A DNA stretch of 64,000 nucleotides from a candidate division FCPU426 bacterium (GCA_963771075.1 CAVYSE010000023.1:49821-113820), one strand, 5' to 3'. Counted from the stretch's first letter, positions 10,542 to 21,643 are shown. A program made the numbers and translations. The notes: generated by a model from the sequence alone, not told the origin.

Positions 10542-11894
10542 ATGCGAAGCCAGGCTTTGAGGGTGACTCGGTTTCTCGGCATCGACCGGGCGGTGGGGTT
10601 CACCATTTTAGGTCGCGTTTGGTCCCTGGCCACCAGCGCGGTCAGCTTATGGATGATCGTGCATTTTCTGAACAAGGATGAGCAGGGCTTTTACTATACC
10701 TTTGGAAGTGTTCTGGGCCTCCAGATCTTTTTTGAGTTGGGACTCAGCTACGTCATATTACAGTACGCGAGTCACGAAATGGCAGACCTGAAATTCAACG
10801 AACAAAGACTGGTTCAGGGCGACGCAGTCGCGAAGGCACGCCTAGCCTCCCTCCTTTGGTTCGCGATGAAATGGTACGGGGTAGTCGCATTCCTCGTTGT
10901 TTTGCTGGTCCTTCCCTCCGGTTTGTGGTTTTTCAGCAGCCATTACCCCAGCGATTTAGGAGTGGTTTGGAAGGGCCCCTGGACCATCCTCAGCTTGGCC
11001 ACCGCCGCATCCTTGTTTTTGAGCCCGCTTTGGTCGATCGTGGAGGGCGTTGGCCGGGTTGCGGAAACCGCGATGATGCGAATGTGCCAGGGAATTTTCT
11101 CCACCCTGGTGATGTGGGCCGCCCTGTTTTCAGGGTGCAGGCTATACGCCTCCCCGATCTTGAGCAGTTTGAACGTCTTATTCGCCTCCGCCTGGCTGAT
11201 AGTTCGTTTCGGGCCCTTTCTATTGGACTTAATGAGGTCCCGCACTCCCGTCTATGGCGTGCGTTGGTGGGAAGAAATCTTTCCTTTTCAATGGAAGATC
11301 GCAGTGAGCTGGTTGAGCGGGTATTTCATCACCCAGCTCTATAACCCCGTCATGTTCGCCTATCACGGGGCCGCGGAAGCCGGCCGGATGGGGATGGCCC
11401 TTTCGATGTCCTCCAGCCTGTCGGGCGTAGCCTTGTCCTGGCTCTCGACCAAATCCTCCCCCTTTGGCCAGATGGTAGCCCGCAAAGACTACGAGTCCCT
11501 TGACCGGGTTTTTTTCCGCAGTTTATGGCAATCCTTAGGCTTGCTGGTGATGGCGGCGGGAGGGGTTTTCGCCATTTTGCTCTATTTAAAATACATCCAT
11601 CATCCCATCGGGCTTCGGGTATTGGACCCTTTGCCATTGGCTTTCCTTTTTACGGCGACCATTATTCAGCATATTGTCAACGCCGAAGCGGTTTACCTGA
11701 GGGCGCATAAAAAAGAGCCCTTCCTTTGGACCTCGGTCGCGGGTGGTGTCATGACCGCTTTATCCGTGTATATATTGGGCAAACCCTATGGAGCCATGGG
11801 CCTTTGCTCGGCGAATTTGGTCCTCGTGGCCATTATCGGGTTCGGGGCGGGTACCGTCATCTTCTTGAAATGCCGCCGTGAATGGCACGGTTAG
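10542..11894 (+). CDS. O-antigen flippase (Wzx-like)
   Basis: About 12 hydrophobic segments; EQGFYYTF, FFELGL, FQWKIAVSWLSGY, YLRAHKKEPF. Confidence 0.8.
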   Translation: MRSQALRVTRFLGIDRAVGFTILGRVWSLATSAVSLWMIVHFLNKDEQGFYYTFGSVLGLQIFFELGLSYVILQYASHEMADLKFNEQRLVQGDAVAKARLASLLWFAMKWYGVVAFLVVLLVLPSGLWFFSSHYPSDLGVVWKGPWTILSLATAASLFLSPLWSIVEGVGRVAETAMMRMCQGIFSTLVMWAALFSGCRLYASPILSSLNVLFASAWLIVRFGPFLLDLMRSRTPVYGVRWWEEIFPFQWKIAVSWLSGYFITQLYNPVMFAYHGAAEAGRMGMALSMSSSLSGVALSWLSTKSSPFGQMVARKDYESLDRVFFRSLWQSLGLLVMAAGGVFAILLYLKYIHHPIGLRVLDPLPLAFLFTATIIQHIVNAEAVYLRAHKKEPFLWTSVAGGVMTALSVYILGKPYGAMGLCSANLVLVAIIGFGAGTVIFLKCRREWHG

Positions 11895-11903
11895 GATAGT
11901 GAT

Positions 11904-12821
11904 ATGAATAAAATTTTGGTTTCCATTTGTATCCCGACTTTCAACCGTTCCCATGAGCTCGGTATGACGCTCCAAAGCCTTGTCCGGCAGAAGGGGTTTG
12001 ATTCCACCGTTGAAATTGTGATCGTGGATAACGCCTCCACGGACTCAACGGAACAAACCGCGAAAAAGTTTGCCCGAAAACACAAGAACATTCGTTATGT
12101 CCGAAATAAGACCAACATTGGTTCGGACAACAACATGGTCAAGGCGGCGATGCTGGGAAAGGGGACCTATATCAAACTGCTTAACGACAACAAGTCCTTC
12201 ACGGCGGGCGCATTACAAAGGATGAAATCGATTTACAACGACGCCGAGGAATGCGTGGTGTTTTTCAAGAATGTGGGCGGGCACGGCATTACCCGAACCG
12301 CCACGGTGGATGATTTTTTGAGGGACGTGTCCATCCACTGCACTTGGCTCGCAGGGGTTTCCTTCCGCCGAGACCTTTTACACCGGGTCGGTATCACAAA
12401 AGAGGATTATCCACCCTATATGTCGCAAACCGGGGTGATGTTGAAGTTATTGAAAGCTCGTCCGACCGCGCTGGTCGTGAGCGGACAATACATGACAGAA
12501 CCAGTTGTACCGATACGAACGGGATATAATTTTTATGAGGTTTTTGGCCCTATCTATATCGGGTATTTGTCCAAACTGTTGCGAGAAAATATTATCACAA
12601 AATCCACCTTCAAAAAGATGAAGAGGGACATTCTCCATCGTGTCATCTTCCCTTTTACATTCGAAACCCTGTTTAACCGGAGGCTTAACAAATTGGGGAC
12701 TGACAAGGCTCTTTATCATTTGTTTAAGAATTATAAAAAAGACTATTTGTTGTATTTGTTTCCACTTTGGGTCTTGAGAAAAATGTTGAAGGGGGGGTTT
12801 AAAAAAGCCGCCGAAGTTTAA
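11904..12821 (+). CDS. GT2 glycosyltransferase
   Basis: VSICIPTFNR, IVDNASTD, NIGSDNN. Confidence 0.9.
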   Translation: MNKILVSICIPTFNRSHELGMTLQSLVRQKGFDSTVEIVIVDNASTDSTEQTAKKFARKHKNIRYVRNKTNIGSDNNMVKAAMLGKGTYIKLLNDNKSFTAGALQRMKSIYNDAEECVVFFKNVGGHGITRTATVDDFLRDVSIHCTWLAGVSFRRDLLHRVGITKEDYPPYMSQTGVMLKLLKARPTALVVSGQYMTEPVVPIRTGYNFYEVFGPIYIGYLSKLLRENIITKSTFKKMKRDILHRVIFPFTFETLFNRRLNKLGTDKALYHLFKNYKKDYLLYLFPLWVLRKMLKGGFKKAAEV

Positions 12822-14289
12822 ACCGACACAAGTATGAATCGTCGAAAGTCGTTCTCCTCCTGGGCCGGATCGTGGTTTTTTTGGTTTTTTACTTATGTTT
12901 CGCGGCGAATACATTTTTATAACCTATTAAAATGGTGGCAAAGCCAACTTTTTCAGGAAAAGATTCAATATAGTCCAATGATTTCCTGCGAAAATATTTG
13001 GGTCGAGAACTTAGTTGTTGTTCTTGAGTTTTTCAGAGGTTTCAGATTTTAACTTTTTCCTTCGTTAAATCTGGGGTTAACTTGATCCCAGGCCCGCCCC
13101 ATGGAAGGAGAGCTTTGCGGTAAGCCATTGGATATTCCTGCATTAGGATTTGTAATAGCTGGGTTGTCGGAAGATAATTAGATTCTAAAAATAATATTTC
13201 TTAACGAATTATTTGAAAATTAGTTCCTGGTTCAAAGGAATGTCATTGCGACTGGCAAATAAAATCGGCAATAAACTAATTAAAATCATCCATTCCCAGC
13301 TCGTTCGTTCTGAACTGTGTTCGGACAAAAATTATATTCTTCAATCAGTGGAAGACGGTTTTGCACAAAAGCGAAACGACGTACAGGACCCATTGATCTT
13401 TGAGCGAATCATCCGTTCTTATAACAAGGCGAAAGCGGTTCAGTTCGATTCCCCTGGGTTTTATCAGGTCAGTAACGAATGGTTGCCGATTTTTGAGGTT
13501 TATCTGGGTGAGGTCATGGCCACCCTGAAAAATGGAAACGTCGATAGGCTGAAATCCATTTACAACAATTTCTTTCGAGACCCTTGCAGTGTTGGCCTGC
13601 ACGGATTGCCACTCGACATGTTCAAGTGTTTCTTTTCCGGACACATCAGCGATCGCCACAAAAAATTATTCCTCACCGATGTTCTTTACCGCCACAGGCT
13701 ATGGAAAAATTTGGTGGGACCGTCTTTTGGGATCGAATCCTTGGAATCGCCTCTAAGGGGTAACCCTTACGGTTACTATATCGGCAGAACTTTTATCAAG
13801 GCTGGTTCCGAGTACCAACATTATTACGCTATCTTGATTGAGAAGCTGGTTCGCGGAGATTGCCACAAAACGGTCGTGGAATTGGGAGCCGGTTATGGTG
13901 GCATGGCCTATTACTTGGTTAGAGATAACTCGGATTTGACCTACATTGACTTCGACCTACCAGAAAATGTCGCGCTCACTGCCTTTTATCTTTTGACATG
14001 TTTCCCTGATAAAAAAATTGCTTTATTCGGGGAAATGGACCTGTCCCAGGATAAGGTGGAGGATTATGACCTGATCCTGATGCCCAATTTTGAGATCCAC
14101 AAGGTGAAAGACCAAAGCGTGGATTTAACCTTCAACTCTTACAGCCTCGCCGAAATGTCCAAGGAAACAATCGAGAATTATATTCATCATTTCAACCGTT
14201 TCACGAACAAGTTTATATTTCACGTTAACCATAACCGCAACAGTGTCGTGCGAGCGGATGAATTTAGCATTGACCTAGATAAATTTGAT

Positions 14290-15702
14290 CACTCTTGTCC
14301 TAAATAAAGGACTAAAAAAAGACACCTCCGACTGAAGTAGAATTGGGTTAGTCGACAAGCCCAAAGCGACGGTTACCAGCCGTCGCTACTTCAAACATCC
14401 GGAGGCGTATTTCGATGGTACCACCAACCAGTCTTTTTGCCCAAGTGTTGAAAATTGTGGATCGCACGGCTTTTGAACGAATTGTGCGGGAGTTTGAAGC
14501 CGAAAAACACGCCAAGGGGTTCAGTTGCTGGAATCAGTTTGTTTCCATGCTTTTCTGCCAGATGGGAGCCGCCCATTCCTTGAGGGAAATCTGTGGTGGC
14601 CTCCACACGGCCCTTGGGAAATTGACCCATTTGGGTCTTTGCGAAGCACCCACTAAATCCACCTTGGCTTACGCTAACGCCAACCGTCCTTGGCAGGTTC
14701 AGCAAAGTCTTTTCTACCATCTGCTATCGAAGTGTCAGCTACAGGCGGCCATCTCGAAGAGGAAATTCAAGTTCAAGAATCCCCTCTACAGCCTGGACTC
14801 CAGCACCATTGATCTTTGTTTGTCAGTCTTCGACTGGGCAAAGTTCCGTAGGACCAAAGGGGCCATCAAACTCCATCTCTTGCTGGATCATCAGGGATAC
14901 TTGCCCTGCTGGGGACTCGTAACGGAGGGAGGCGTGCATGACGTGAAAGTGGCTCAAAAGCTGGATTTTCCGGTGGATTCAATCGTAGTGATGGATCGGG
15001 GATATGTGGATTTCTTTCTTCTGGCCCGATGGACGTTCCAAGGCGTGTGGTGGGTGACCCGTGCCAAGATCAACATGGCCTACGAGGTGGTGAAGAACCT
15101 GCCGGTTCCGAAAACGGGCAACGTCCTGAAGGACCAAGTGATACGGTTAACAACGTTTCGGTCACAGGAAGCCTACCCGAAAGAGATGCGACGAGTGGTG
15201 GTATGGGACGAAGACCAGAAGCGGGAACTCGTATTCCTTACCAACCACATGGGTTTTGCTGCCTCGACGGTGGCGGCCATCTACAAGGAACGTTGGCAGA
15301 TCGAGTTGTTCTTCAAGGCTCTCAAGCAGAACTTACGGGTGAAGACTTTCGTAGGGACCACTGAGAATGCTGTTCAGACGCAGATTTGGACAGCATTGAT
15401 TGCCATGCTGCTGTTGAAATTCCTTCAACTGAAGAGCCATATCGCCTGGAGCCTGTCCCACTTGGCGGCCATGCTGCGGATGAATCTATTGACCTACCGC
15501 GATTTGTGGGCTTGGTTGGATGCACCATTCCTGGTGGCGAGATTGGAACCGGCGGAAAAACAGATGGAATTAATACCCTCGTGATTTGGACAGCATCCGG
15601 ACGAAAGGGGGGGGCTTATCCCTGGAAATTCACAAACCTGTCCAAAATCGCTTGTTTTTCTTGGGGGGCAGCGGTCAGATTGAGTTGTTTAGGATAGCAG
15701 TG
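14290..15702 (+). mobile_element. IS4-family insertion sequence, 1413 bp, with 9-bp target-site duplication AAATTTGAT
   Basis: Imperfect terminal IRs CACTCTTGTCCTAAATAA and the reverse complement of the right end, CACTGCTATCCTAAACAA; AAATTTGAT at 14281-14289 and 15703-15711. Confidence 0.95.
14415..15584 (+). CDS. IS4-family DDE transposase
   Basis: LDSSTI, KLHLLLD, MDRGY, YKERWQIELFFKALKQ (YREK signature). Confidence 0.96.
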   Translation: MVPPTSLFAQVLKIVDRTAFERIVREFEAEKHAKGFSCWNQFVSMLFCQMGAAHSLREICGGLHTALGKLTHLGLCEAPTKSTLAYANANRPWQVQQSLFYHLLSKCQLQAAISKRKFKFKNPLYSLDSSTIDLCLSVFDWAKFRRTKGAIKLHLLLDHQGYLPCWGLVTEGGVHDVKVAQKLDFPVDSIVVMDRGYVDFFLLARWTFQGVWWVTRAKINMAYEVVKNLPVPKTGNVLKDQVIRLTTFRSQEAYPKEMRRVVVWDEDQKRELVFLTNHMGFAASTVAAIYKERWQIELFFKALKQNLRVKTFVGTTENAVQTQIWTALIAMLLLKFLQLKSHIAWSLSHLAAMLRMNLLTYRDLWAWLDAPFLVARLEPAEKQMELIPS

Positions 15703-15810
15703 AAATTTGATCTAATAGTTCGCGCACCGGCCTTGTGGAATCTAGCGCTCAACGCCAACATGGATGAGTTCGAGTTTTTATATAAGAATAAAAAGCTTAC
15801 CTTTAGTTAA

Positions 15811-16025
15811 ACATCAACCACATTTCGATAGATGAATAGAAATATATTTCACCGCCTAATCTTTCCCTTTACCTTTGATTGGCTGTTGAACCAAGGAATA
15901 TCAAGTTGGGGACCTGCCGGGCGGTCCATTATTTGCTCAAGAATTACAAAGAAGACTACTTATTGTATTTATTCCCGATTTGGGCGTTGAAGAAAGCCAT
16001 GGGGGATGGATGGCGAAGGCTATAG
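15811..16025 (+). pseudogene. Degenerate 3'-end fragment paralogous to the GT2 at 11904-12821
   Basis: Translates as MNRNIFHRLIFPFTFDWL, then after a frameshift KLGTCRAVHYLLKNYKEDYLLYLFPIWALKK; the intact gene reads MKRDILHRVIFPFTFETL..KLGTDKALYHLFKNYKKDYLLYLFPLWVLRK. Confidence 0.85.
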
Positions 16026-16231
16026 GGAATATTTAAAATTTCACCACGTGGACGCTGAAACACACACCGCATTTCCGTAAATCTCATTACAATTGCGGTA
16101 TAGTCCTGATTTCTTTGGCCCCAAAGACAAATGGGGACAGAGAAAGCCTTATTGTTTGTTATCGACAATCCCCAAAAGGCAATGATTAGAGGTGCCCTTA
16201 AGATGACGGTCAGGAAGAGGCCAATTTAGAA

Positions 16232-17224
16232 ATGAGCGAAAAGTACCTCCTCACCCTTTCAATACCGACCTATAACCGCGCGATCTTTTTGGAAACTTGC
16301 TTGGAGCATATCGGTAGGCAATTCCCGGGAAATGAACTTTTGATCGAATGGTTGGTCATCGACAATCATTCCTCGGATTCTACCCCGGCCGTGGTTCGCC
16401 GATATATCGACCTTGGATTTCCGATCCGATACATCCGAAACGAGGAAAACATCGGGGCGGACCGGAACATCCAAAAATGTTTTCGAGAGGCTCTCGGCAA
16501 ATATGTCTTGATTTTCGGCGATGATGACATATTGCTCGACAGGGCTTTAATCAAAATCATTGATTTATTGCAAAAGGGGGAATACGGGGTTGTCTATTTA
16601 CAATCCTATGGCTTTTCAAATGATTTTGAGAAAGAGAAACCTAAAAGAATACTAAAGCGAAATCGTACAATCGTAATGGAACAAACGGACCGATTTGTTT
16701 CCGAGGTGAATTATTGGCTCACCTTTATTTCTGGAAACATTGTTAACAAAAGTTTGCTCAACGAAAATCGAGATTTTGATAGGTTTCTGGACACTAATTT
16801 GATACAGCTTTCCTGGGTTATTCCCGCTTTGCTAAAGGCCCATCGAAATGCCGTGATGAACGAGCGGTTCATCGCCATGAAGACGGAAAATACAGGCGGA
16901 TACCAATTGTTCAGGGTGTTTGGAACGAATATGAACCGCATCATGGATGCCTTTAGAGCGGAGGGTTTGTCGGAAAAGGCCATTCGTAAGGTCAACCAAA
17001 AGCTCATTCTTACTTTTTTCCCTTCTTTTATCGTCAAGTTACGTTCCGACAGGGGAATGTTCGGGATAGAGGATGGTTTCGCCGAGTTGTATCCCTTATA
17101 CAAAAACTACTTTCTCTTTTGGATTTGTTTAGTCCCGCTTATAAGATTACCTTTGCTATTGGCCCGCCTTTGGCATTTCAATATCAGGGTTGTCAATAAA
17201 CTAAACAAGATGTTGCGAGGCTAG
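16232..17224 (+). CDS. GT2 glycosyltransferase (RfbV/dideoxyhexosyltransferase-like)
   Basis: LTLSIPTYNR, IDNHSSD, NIGADRN, IFGDDD, TFISGNI. Confidence 0.88.
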   Translation: MSEKYLLTLSIPTYNRAIFLETCLEHIGRQFPGNELLIEWLVIDNHSSDSTPAVVRRYIDLGFPIRYIRNEENIGADRNIQKCFREALGKYVLIFGDDDILLDRALIKIIDLLQKGEYGVVYLQSYGFSNDFEKEKPKRILKRNRTIVMEQTDRFVSEVNYWLTFISGNIVNKSLLNENRDFDRFLDTNLIQLSWVIPALLKAHRNAVMNERFIAMKTENTGGYQLFRVFGTNMNRIMDAFRAEGLSEKAIRKVNQKLILTFFPSFIVKLRSDRGMFGIEDGFAELYPLYKNYFLFWICLVPLIRLPLLLARLWHFNIRVVNKLNKMLRG

Positions 17225-17225
17225 G

Positions 17226-17867
17226 ATGATTCTCTTTCGCGCTTGGAATTTTCTCCGGCACAACGGATTGGCCCTTACGGTTAGAGAGTTGTGCCACCGA
17301 TTCGCCAACAAGGTATTCAATTTCACCTTGGTTTTGGGTAGAACGGATATGAACATTGACCGTTCCGCGAGAATTTTAGGATTTTCGCACATTAAAATCG
17401 GGAAAAATTTTTCCGCTGGAAAAGATCTGTGGCTCGAGGCCGTTTTAACCCATGGAAACACGCGTTATAACCCCTCGTTGGTCATCAAGGATCAGGTTTC
17501 CGTCAGGGATTTTGTTCATATCGGAGCGGTCCGCTACGTGGAAATCGGGGAAAATGTACTGATGGGGAGCCATATTTTCATATCCGACCATAATCATGGT
17601 TCCTATTCGGGTGATCATCAGAGCGATCCCCGGGAGGTTCCGAATGGACGGAAGGTCAAGGGGGACCAAGAAGTCGTTATCGGGGGCAATGTTTGGATAG
17701 GTGACCATGTTTGTATCCTGCCAGGCGTTCGAATTGGTTCGGGAAGCGTGATCGGAGCGGGCTCGGTCGTGACGAAAAACATACCTGAGGCGTGTGTGGC
17801 GGTCGGAAATCCGGCGAAGGTCATAAAAAGGTATAATCCCAATTCGCGAAAGTGGAAAAAAGTCTAG
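17226..17867 (+). CDS. Hexapeptide-repeat O-acetyltransferase
   Basis: ISDHNHG, VVIGGNVWIG, GSVIGAGSVVTKNIP, GNPAKVIK. Confidence 0.92.
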   Translation: MILFRAWNFLRHNGLALTVRELCHRFANKVFNFTLVLGRTDMNIDRSARILGFSHIKIGKNFSAGKDLWLEAVLTHGNTRYNPSLVIKDQVSVRDFVHIGAVRYVEIGENVLMGSHIFISDHNHGSYSGDHQSDPREVPNGRKVKGDQEVVIGGNVWIGDHVCILPGVRIGSGSVIGAGSVVTKNIPEACVAVGNPAKVIKRYNPNSRKWKKV

Positions 17868-17932
17868 ATCGGGTCTTTTGGGGAGATAGCTAGAATTACC
17901 ATCGACTTAGAATTTTTATCTAGGATCAATAA

Positions 17933-19002
17933 ATGAAAATACTCGTGACAGGCGGTGCCGGGTTCATCGGGTCGAATTTCGTCCGGTCGGCCCTCCGCCA
18001 GGGGCATTCGATCGTGGTGCTCGATTTGCTGACCTACGCGGGTCATGAGTCGACGCTCAATGACGTGAAAAATAACCCAAATTTTTCTTTTGTGAAAGGA
18101 GATGTAGCCGACCGAGCCATGGCCCGCGAATTGATGGACCGGCATCGGCCCGACTCGGTCGTGCATTTCGCGGCGGAAACCCATGTGGATCGTTCCATCG
18201 ACGATCCTTCCCATTTTCTAAGGACCAACATCATGGGCACTTTCGAGTTGATGGAATCCGCCCGTCTTCAGAAGGGGTTGCCTTCCGGGTTCAAGTTTTT
18301 ACTAGTATCAACGGATGAGGTCTATGGCACATTGGGGCCGACCGGCGCATTTCAAGAGGACAGCCCCTACGCCCCCAACTCACCCTATTCGGCCAGTAAA
18401 GCCTCGGCCGACCTATTGGCCCGCTCCTACCATGAAACCTTCGGATTCCCTGTGGTCATCACCAATTGCTCCAACAATTACGGCCCCTATCAATATCCTG
18501 AAAAACTGATTCCCCTGATGTTGTTAAACGCGTTGGAGGGCCGGGAACTTCCAATCTATGGGGATGGAGGCCAGGTCCGCGACTGGCTGTATGTGGGGGA
18601 CCATTGTGAAGCTCTTTTACTTGTTCTGGAGAAGGGACGGCCGGGCCGAAAGTACCTGGTAGGGGGAAGATCGAGAAAAGACTAACCTTCAATTGCTGGA
18701 CGCCTTTTTGGATTTGTTGGAGCAACTTCGCCCCGCCTCGAAAAATGAAGCCTTAAGGCCAAACAAATCACCCGTTACACCGAACTCAAGCGTTTCGTCA
18801 AGGATCGGCCCGGCCATGACCGCCGTTACGCCATTGATCCCTCGAAAATGGAAAAAGAAATGGGGTGGAAACCCCGGCTGACCTTCGAGGAAGGACTGCG
18901 GCAGACGGTTCAATGGTATTTTTCAAATCTGGATTGGTGCGAAAAGGTTCAGAAGGACAAATACGACCGCGGCCGTTTGGGGTTGAAGGGGGCAAGATAT
19001 GA
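17933..19002 (+). CDS. rfbB: dTDP-glucose 4,6-dehydratase (frameshifted in this sequence)
   Basis: [55 protein letters not shown] in another frame; indels near 18672 and 18760; 3' end approximate. Confidence 0.92.
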
Positions 19003-19879
19003 AGGGAATATTATTGGCGGGTGGCGCCGGGACGAGGCTGCATCCCATCACGAAGGGCGTTTCGAAACAACTGTTGCCCCTTTTGACAAGCCGATGGTTT
19101 ATTACCCCCTCACCACCCTGCTTTGGACCGGGGCCAAGGAAATAATGGTTATGACCACGACCCGAAGGACCAGCCTTCCTTTCAGCGGTTACTGGGGGAC
19201 GGAAGCTGGCTGGGCATCAAGCTCCATTGGGCAATCCAACCCGAGCCGAAGGGCATTTCCCAGGCCCTCCTGATCGGCAAGGATTTTCTCGCCGGGGAGC
19301 CCTGCGCCCTGGCACTGGGGGACAACATTTTTTATGGCCATCGGCTGCCGGAATTCCTGAATAAGTGTTCCCAAAAGGCCGAAAAGGGGGCGACGGTTTT
19401 CGCTTACCAGGTCACGGACCCGGAGCGGTACGGGGTGGTGGAATTCGACGAAAAGGGCGCGCCCAAGGGAATTCTGGAAAAACCCTAGCGATGCCCCTTC
19501 CCGCTGGGCGGTAACGGGATTGTATATGTATGATGGGACCGCCGCCAAGCGGGCGGCGCGAGCTTGAAACCCTCCGCCCGGGGAGAGCTGGAAATCACCG
19601 ATTTAAACCTGGATTACCTCAAGTCGCGCGATTTGCGGGTGGAAAAGCTGGGCCGAGGGATCGCCTGGCTGGATACCGGGCACCCCCACCGCCATGCTCC
19701 AGGCGAGCATGTTTATCCAGGCTATCGAGGAACGGCAGGGATTGAAAGTGTGCTGTCCTGAAGAGGTGGCTTTCCGCAAGGGTCTCATCAGCCAAGGGGA
19801 ATTACTCCAGCAGGCCAAGGCTTTGGGCAAGAGCGAATACGGCAAGTACCTGCAGTCCCTGTTGGAGGAAAACGCATGA
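18999..19879 (+). CDS. rfbA: Glucose-1-phosphate thymidylyltransferase (frameshifted in this sequence)
   Basis: [71 protein letters not shown] spread over several frames (about 5 indels). Confidence 0.92.
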
Positions 19880-20418
19880 ACTTAAAGGTTGAAAAAACAC
19901 CCCTTGAGGGGTTGCTGGTGATGGCCCCCCTCCATTTCGAGGATGCCCGGGGTTATTTATGCGAAACGTACCAAAGGGAAAAGTACGTACATTTCGGGGT
20001 GGCTTGCGATTTTGTCCAGGATAACCAGTCCTACTCGGTTCGTGGTGTGTTGAGGGGCCTTCATGCCCAGTTGAAACACCCCCAGGCTAAGCTGGTTCGG
20101 GCCGTGGCCGGTGAAATATTCGATGTGGCGGTGGATGCCCGGCCCCAATCAGCCACTTTCGGCCAATGGCACGCGGACTATCTTTCGGGCTCCAATTTGA
20201 AACAATTGTTCATCCCTGCAGGATTTCTTCATGGATTTTGCGTGCTATCCGAAACGGCCATCGTCCATTATAAATGCTCGGATTTTTACGCACCGGACGA
20301 TCAAATCGGAGTTCTTTGGGACGATCCCGATCTGGGAATAGAATGGCCCATCCAATCTCCCATCATTTCAGAAAAAGATCGGCAAAATATTTCCTGGAAA
20401 CGGCTAAAGGAACTATAA
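19876..20418 (+). CDS. rfbC: dTDP-4-dehydrorhamnose 3,5-epimerase
   Basis: DARG, FVQDNQS, GVLRGLH, GEIFDVAVD, GFLHGF, YKCSDFY. Confidence 0.96.
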   Translation: MNLKVEKTPLEGLLVMAPLHFEDARGYLCETYQREKYVHFGVACDFVQDNQSYSVRGVLRGLHAQLKHPQAKLVRAVAGEIFDVAVDARPQSATFGQWHADYLSGSNLKQLFIPAGFLHGFCVLSETAIVHYKCSDFYAPDDQIGVLWDDPDLGIEWPIQSPIISEKDRQNISWKRLKEL

Positions 20419-20422
20419 CCGC

Positions 20423-21643
20423 ATGATCCCTACCGCCGGTTGCACGATCGTCTCCAAGAATTATTTGGCTTATGCGCGAACCCTTTGTGATTCGTTTAAA
20501 CGGTTTAATCCGGATATGCCTTTTTATGTTTTGCTGGTGGACGAATTAGATAGCACGGAACCCGACCTGAAATCCGAACCTTATGAGCTGATCGAGGCCA
20601 GAAATATCGGTATTGATCATTTCCTGAACGCGGCCTTCCGGTTTTCCATCCTTGAACTCAATACCAATGTGAAACCCAGTTTTCTCAAGTTTTTGATAAA
20701 AGAAAGATCGGTTCAAAGAATCGCTTATTTTGACCCGGATATCCTTGTAACCCAACCCCTAAAACCTGTTTTTGATGCCTTGGATCAAAACCAGATCATA
20801 CTTACACCGCATACAAACTCCCCGATATCCATGGATGGATTGCGTCCGAATGAACAGGATTTTTTATCCTCGGGTGTGTTCAACTTGGGTTTTGTGGGAG
20901 TAAAGAATGCCGCTGACTCGATCCGATTTTTGGATTGGTGGGAAGACCGTTGCCTAAAGCTCGGGTTTGAGGAAATCCGTTCCGGACTGTTCGTGGACCA
21001 AAAATGGTGCAATTTCGCCCCTTGCTTCTTCGATCCTGTCGGGATCATCCGGGACCTGGGTTGGAACATGGCCTATTGGAATCTCCACGAAAGGACCTTG
21101 TCAAAAAAAGAAAACACATGGTTGGTTAATGGGCAGCACCCGCTCCTTTTTTACCATTTCAGCGGGATCTCCATAAACGAACCCGATCAAATCTCACGCC
21201 ATACCAACCGGTTTGACCTGAATTCCCGAGGGGACCTAAGGGAAATCTTTGATGATTACCGGCGGTTGTTGAAATCCAGCGGCATGGAGAGTTTTAAGAA
21301 ACTGGCCTACAAGTATGGATGTTTCTCCAACGGAGAACCCATTACCCCCTTGGCCCGCAGATTGTTCGCCGCGAATGAAAGCGGAATCAGCGGAAACGAT
21401 CCTTTTTCCGCTTCGGGGGCCGTTTACCATTGGTGCAAAAGAAGTGGTTTTTTGGGCGGGAAAGATACGACGGGGAACTATACCGCCTCGAACTTCGAGT
21501 CGGCTGATTGGCGCGTCAAGTTCATCAGCGCTGGCTTGAGGCTTTTTCTAAAGGTTTTTGGAGTCGAGAAGTACAGCCTGCTTATGAAATACCTTTCCTA
21601 TATCACGATTTTAAGAAACCAAGCCATCGTCCATAAGTTTTAA
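20423..21643 (+). CDS. Putative glycosyltransferase (GT-A fold, GT8-like)
   Basis: CTIVSKNYLAYARTL, YFDPD DxD motif, GVFNLGF, FVDQKW, NMAYWNLHER. Confidence 0.65.
   Translation: MIPTAGCTIVSKNYLAYARTLCDSFKRFNPDMPFYVLLVDELDSTEPDLKSEPYELIEARNIGIDHFLNAAFRFSILELNTNVKPSFLKFLIKERSVQRIAYFDPDILVTQPLKPVFDALDQNQIILTPHTNSPISMDGLRPNEQDFLSSGVFNLGFVGVKNAADSIRFLDWWEDRCLKLGFEEIRSGLFVDQKWCNFAPCFFDPVGIIRDLGWNMAYWNLHERTLSKKENTWLVNGQHPLLFYHFSGISINEPDQISRHTNRFDLNSRGDLREIFDDYRRLLKSSGMESFKKLAYKYGCFSNGEPITPLARRLFAANESGISGNDPFSASGAVYHWCKRSGFLGGKDTTGNYTASNFESADWRVKFISAGLRLFLKVFGVEKYSLLMKYLSYITILRNQAIVHKF

Larger units (their letters stand above)
13213..15810 (+). pseudogene. Putative sugar O-methyltransferase interrupted near its 3' end by an IS4-family element
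   Basis: VVELGAGYGG, FDLPEN, NSYSLAEM motifs; removing 14290-15711 restores the frame (DLDKFD-LIVRAPALWN...KLTFS, stop at 15810). Confidence 0.85.

Noticed and set aside
12834..13052. 72-aa ORF after the GT2
   Set aside because: No motif or clear RBS in AT-rich spacer DNA; cannot be supported.
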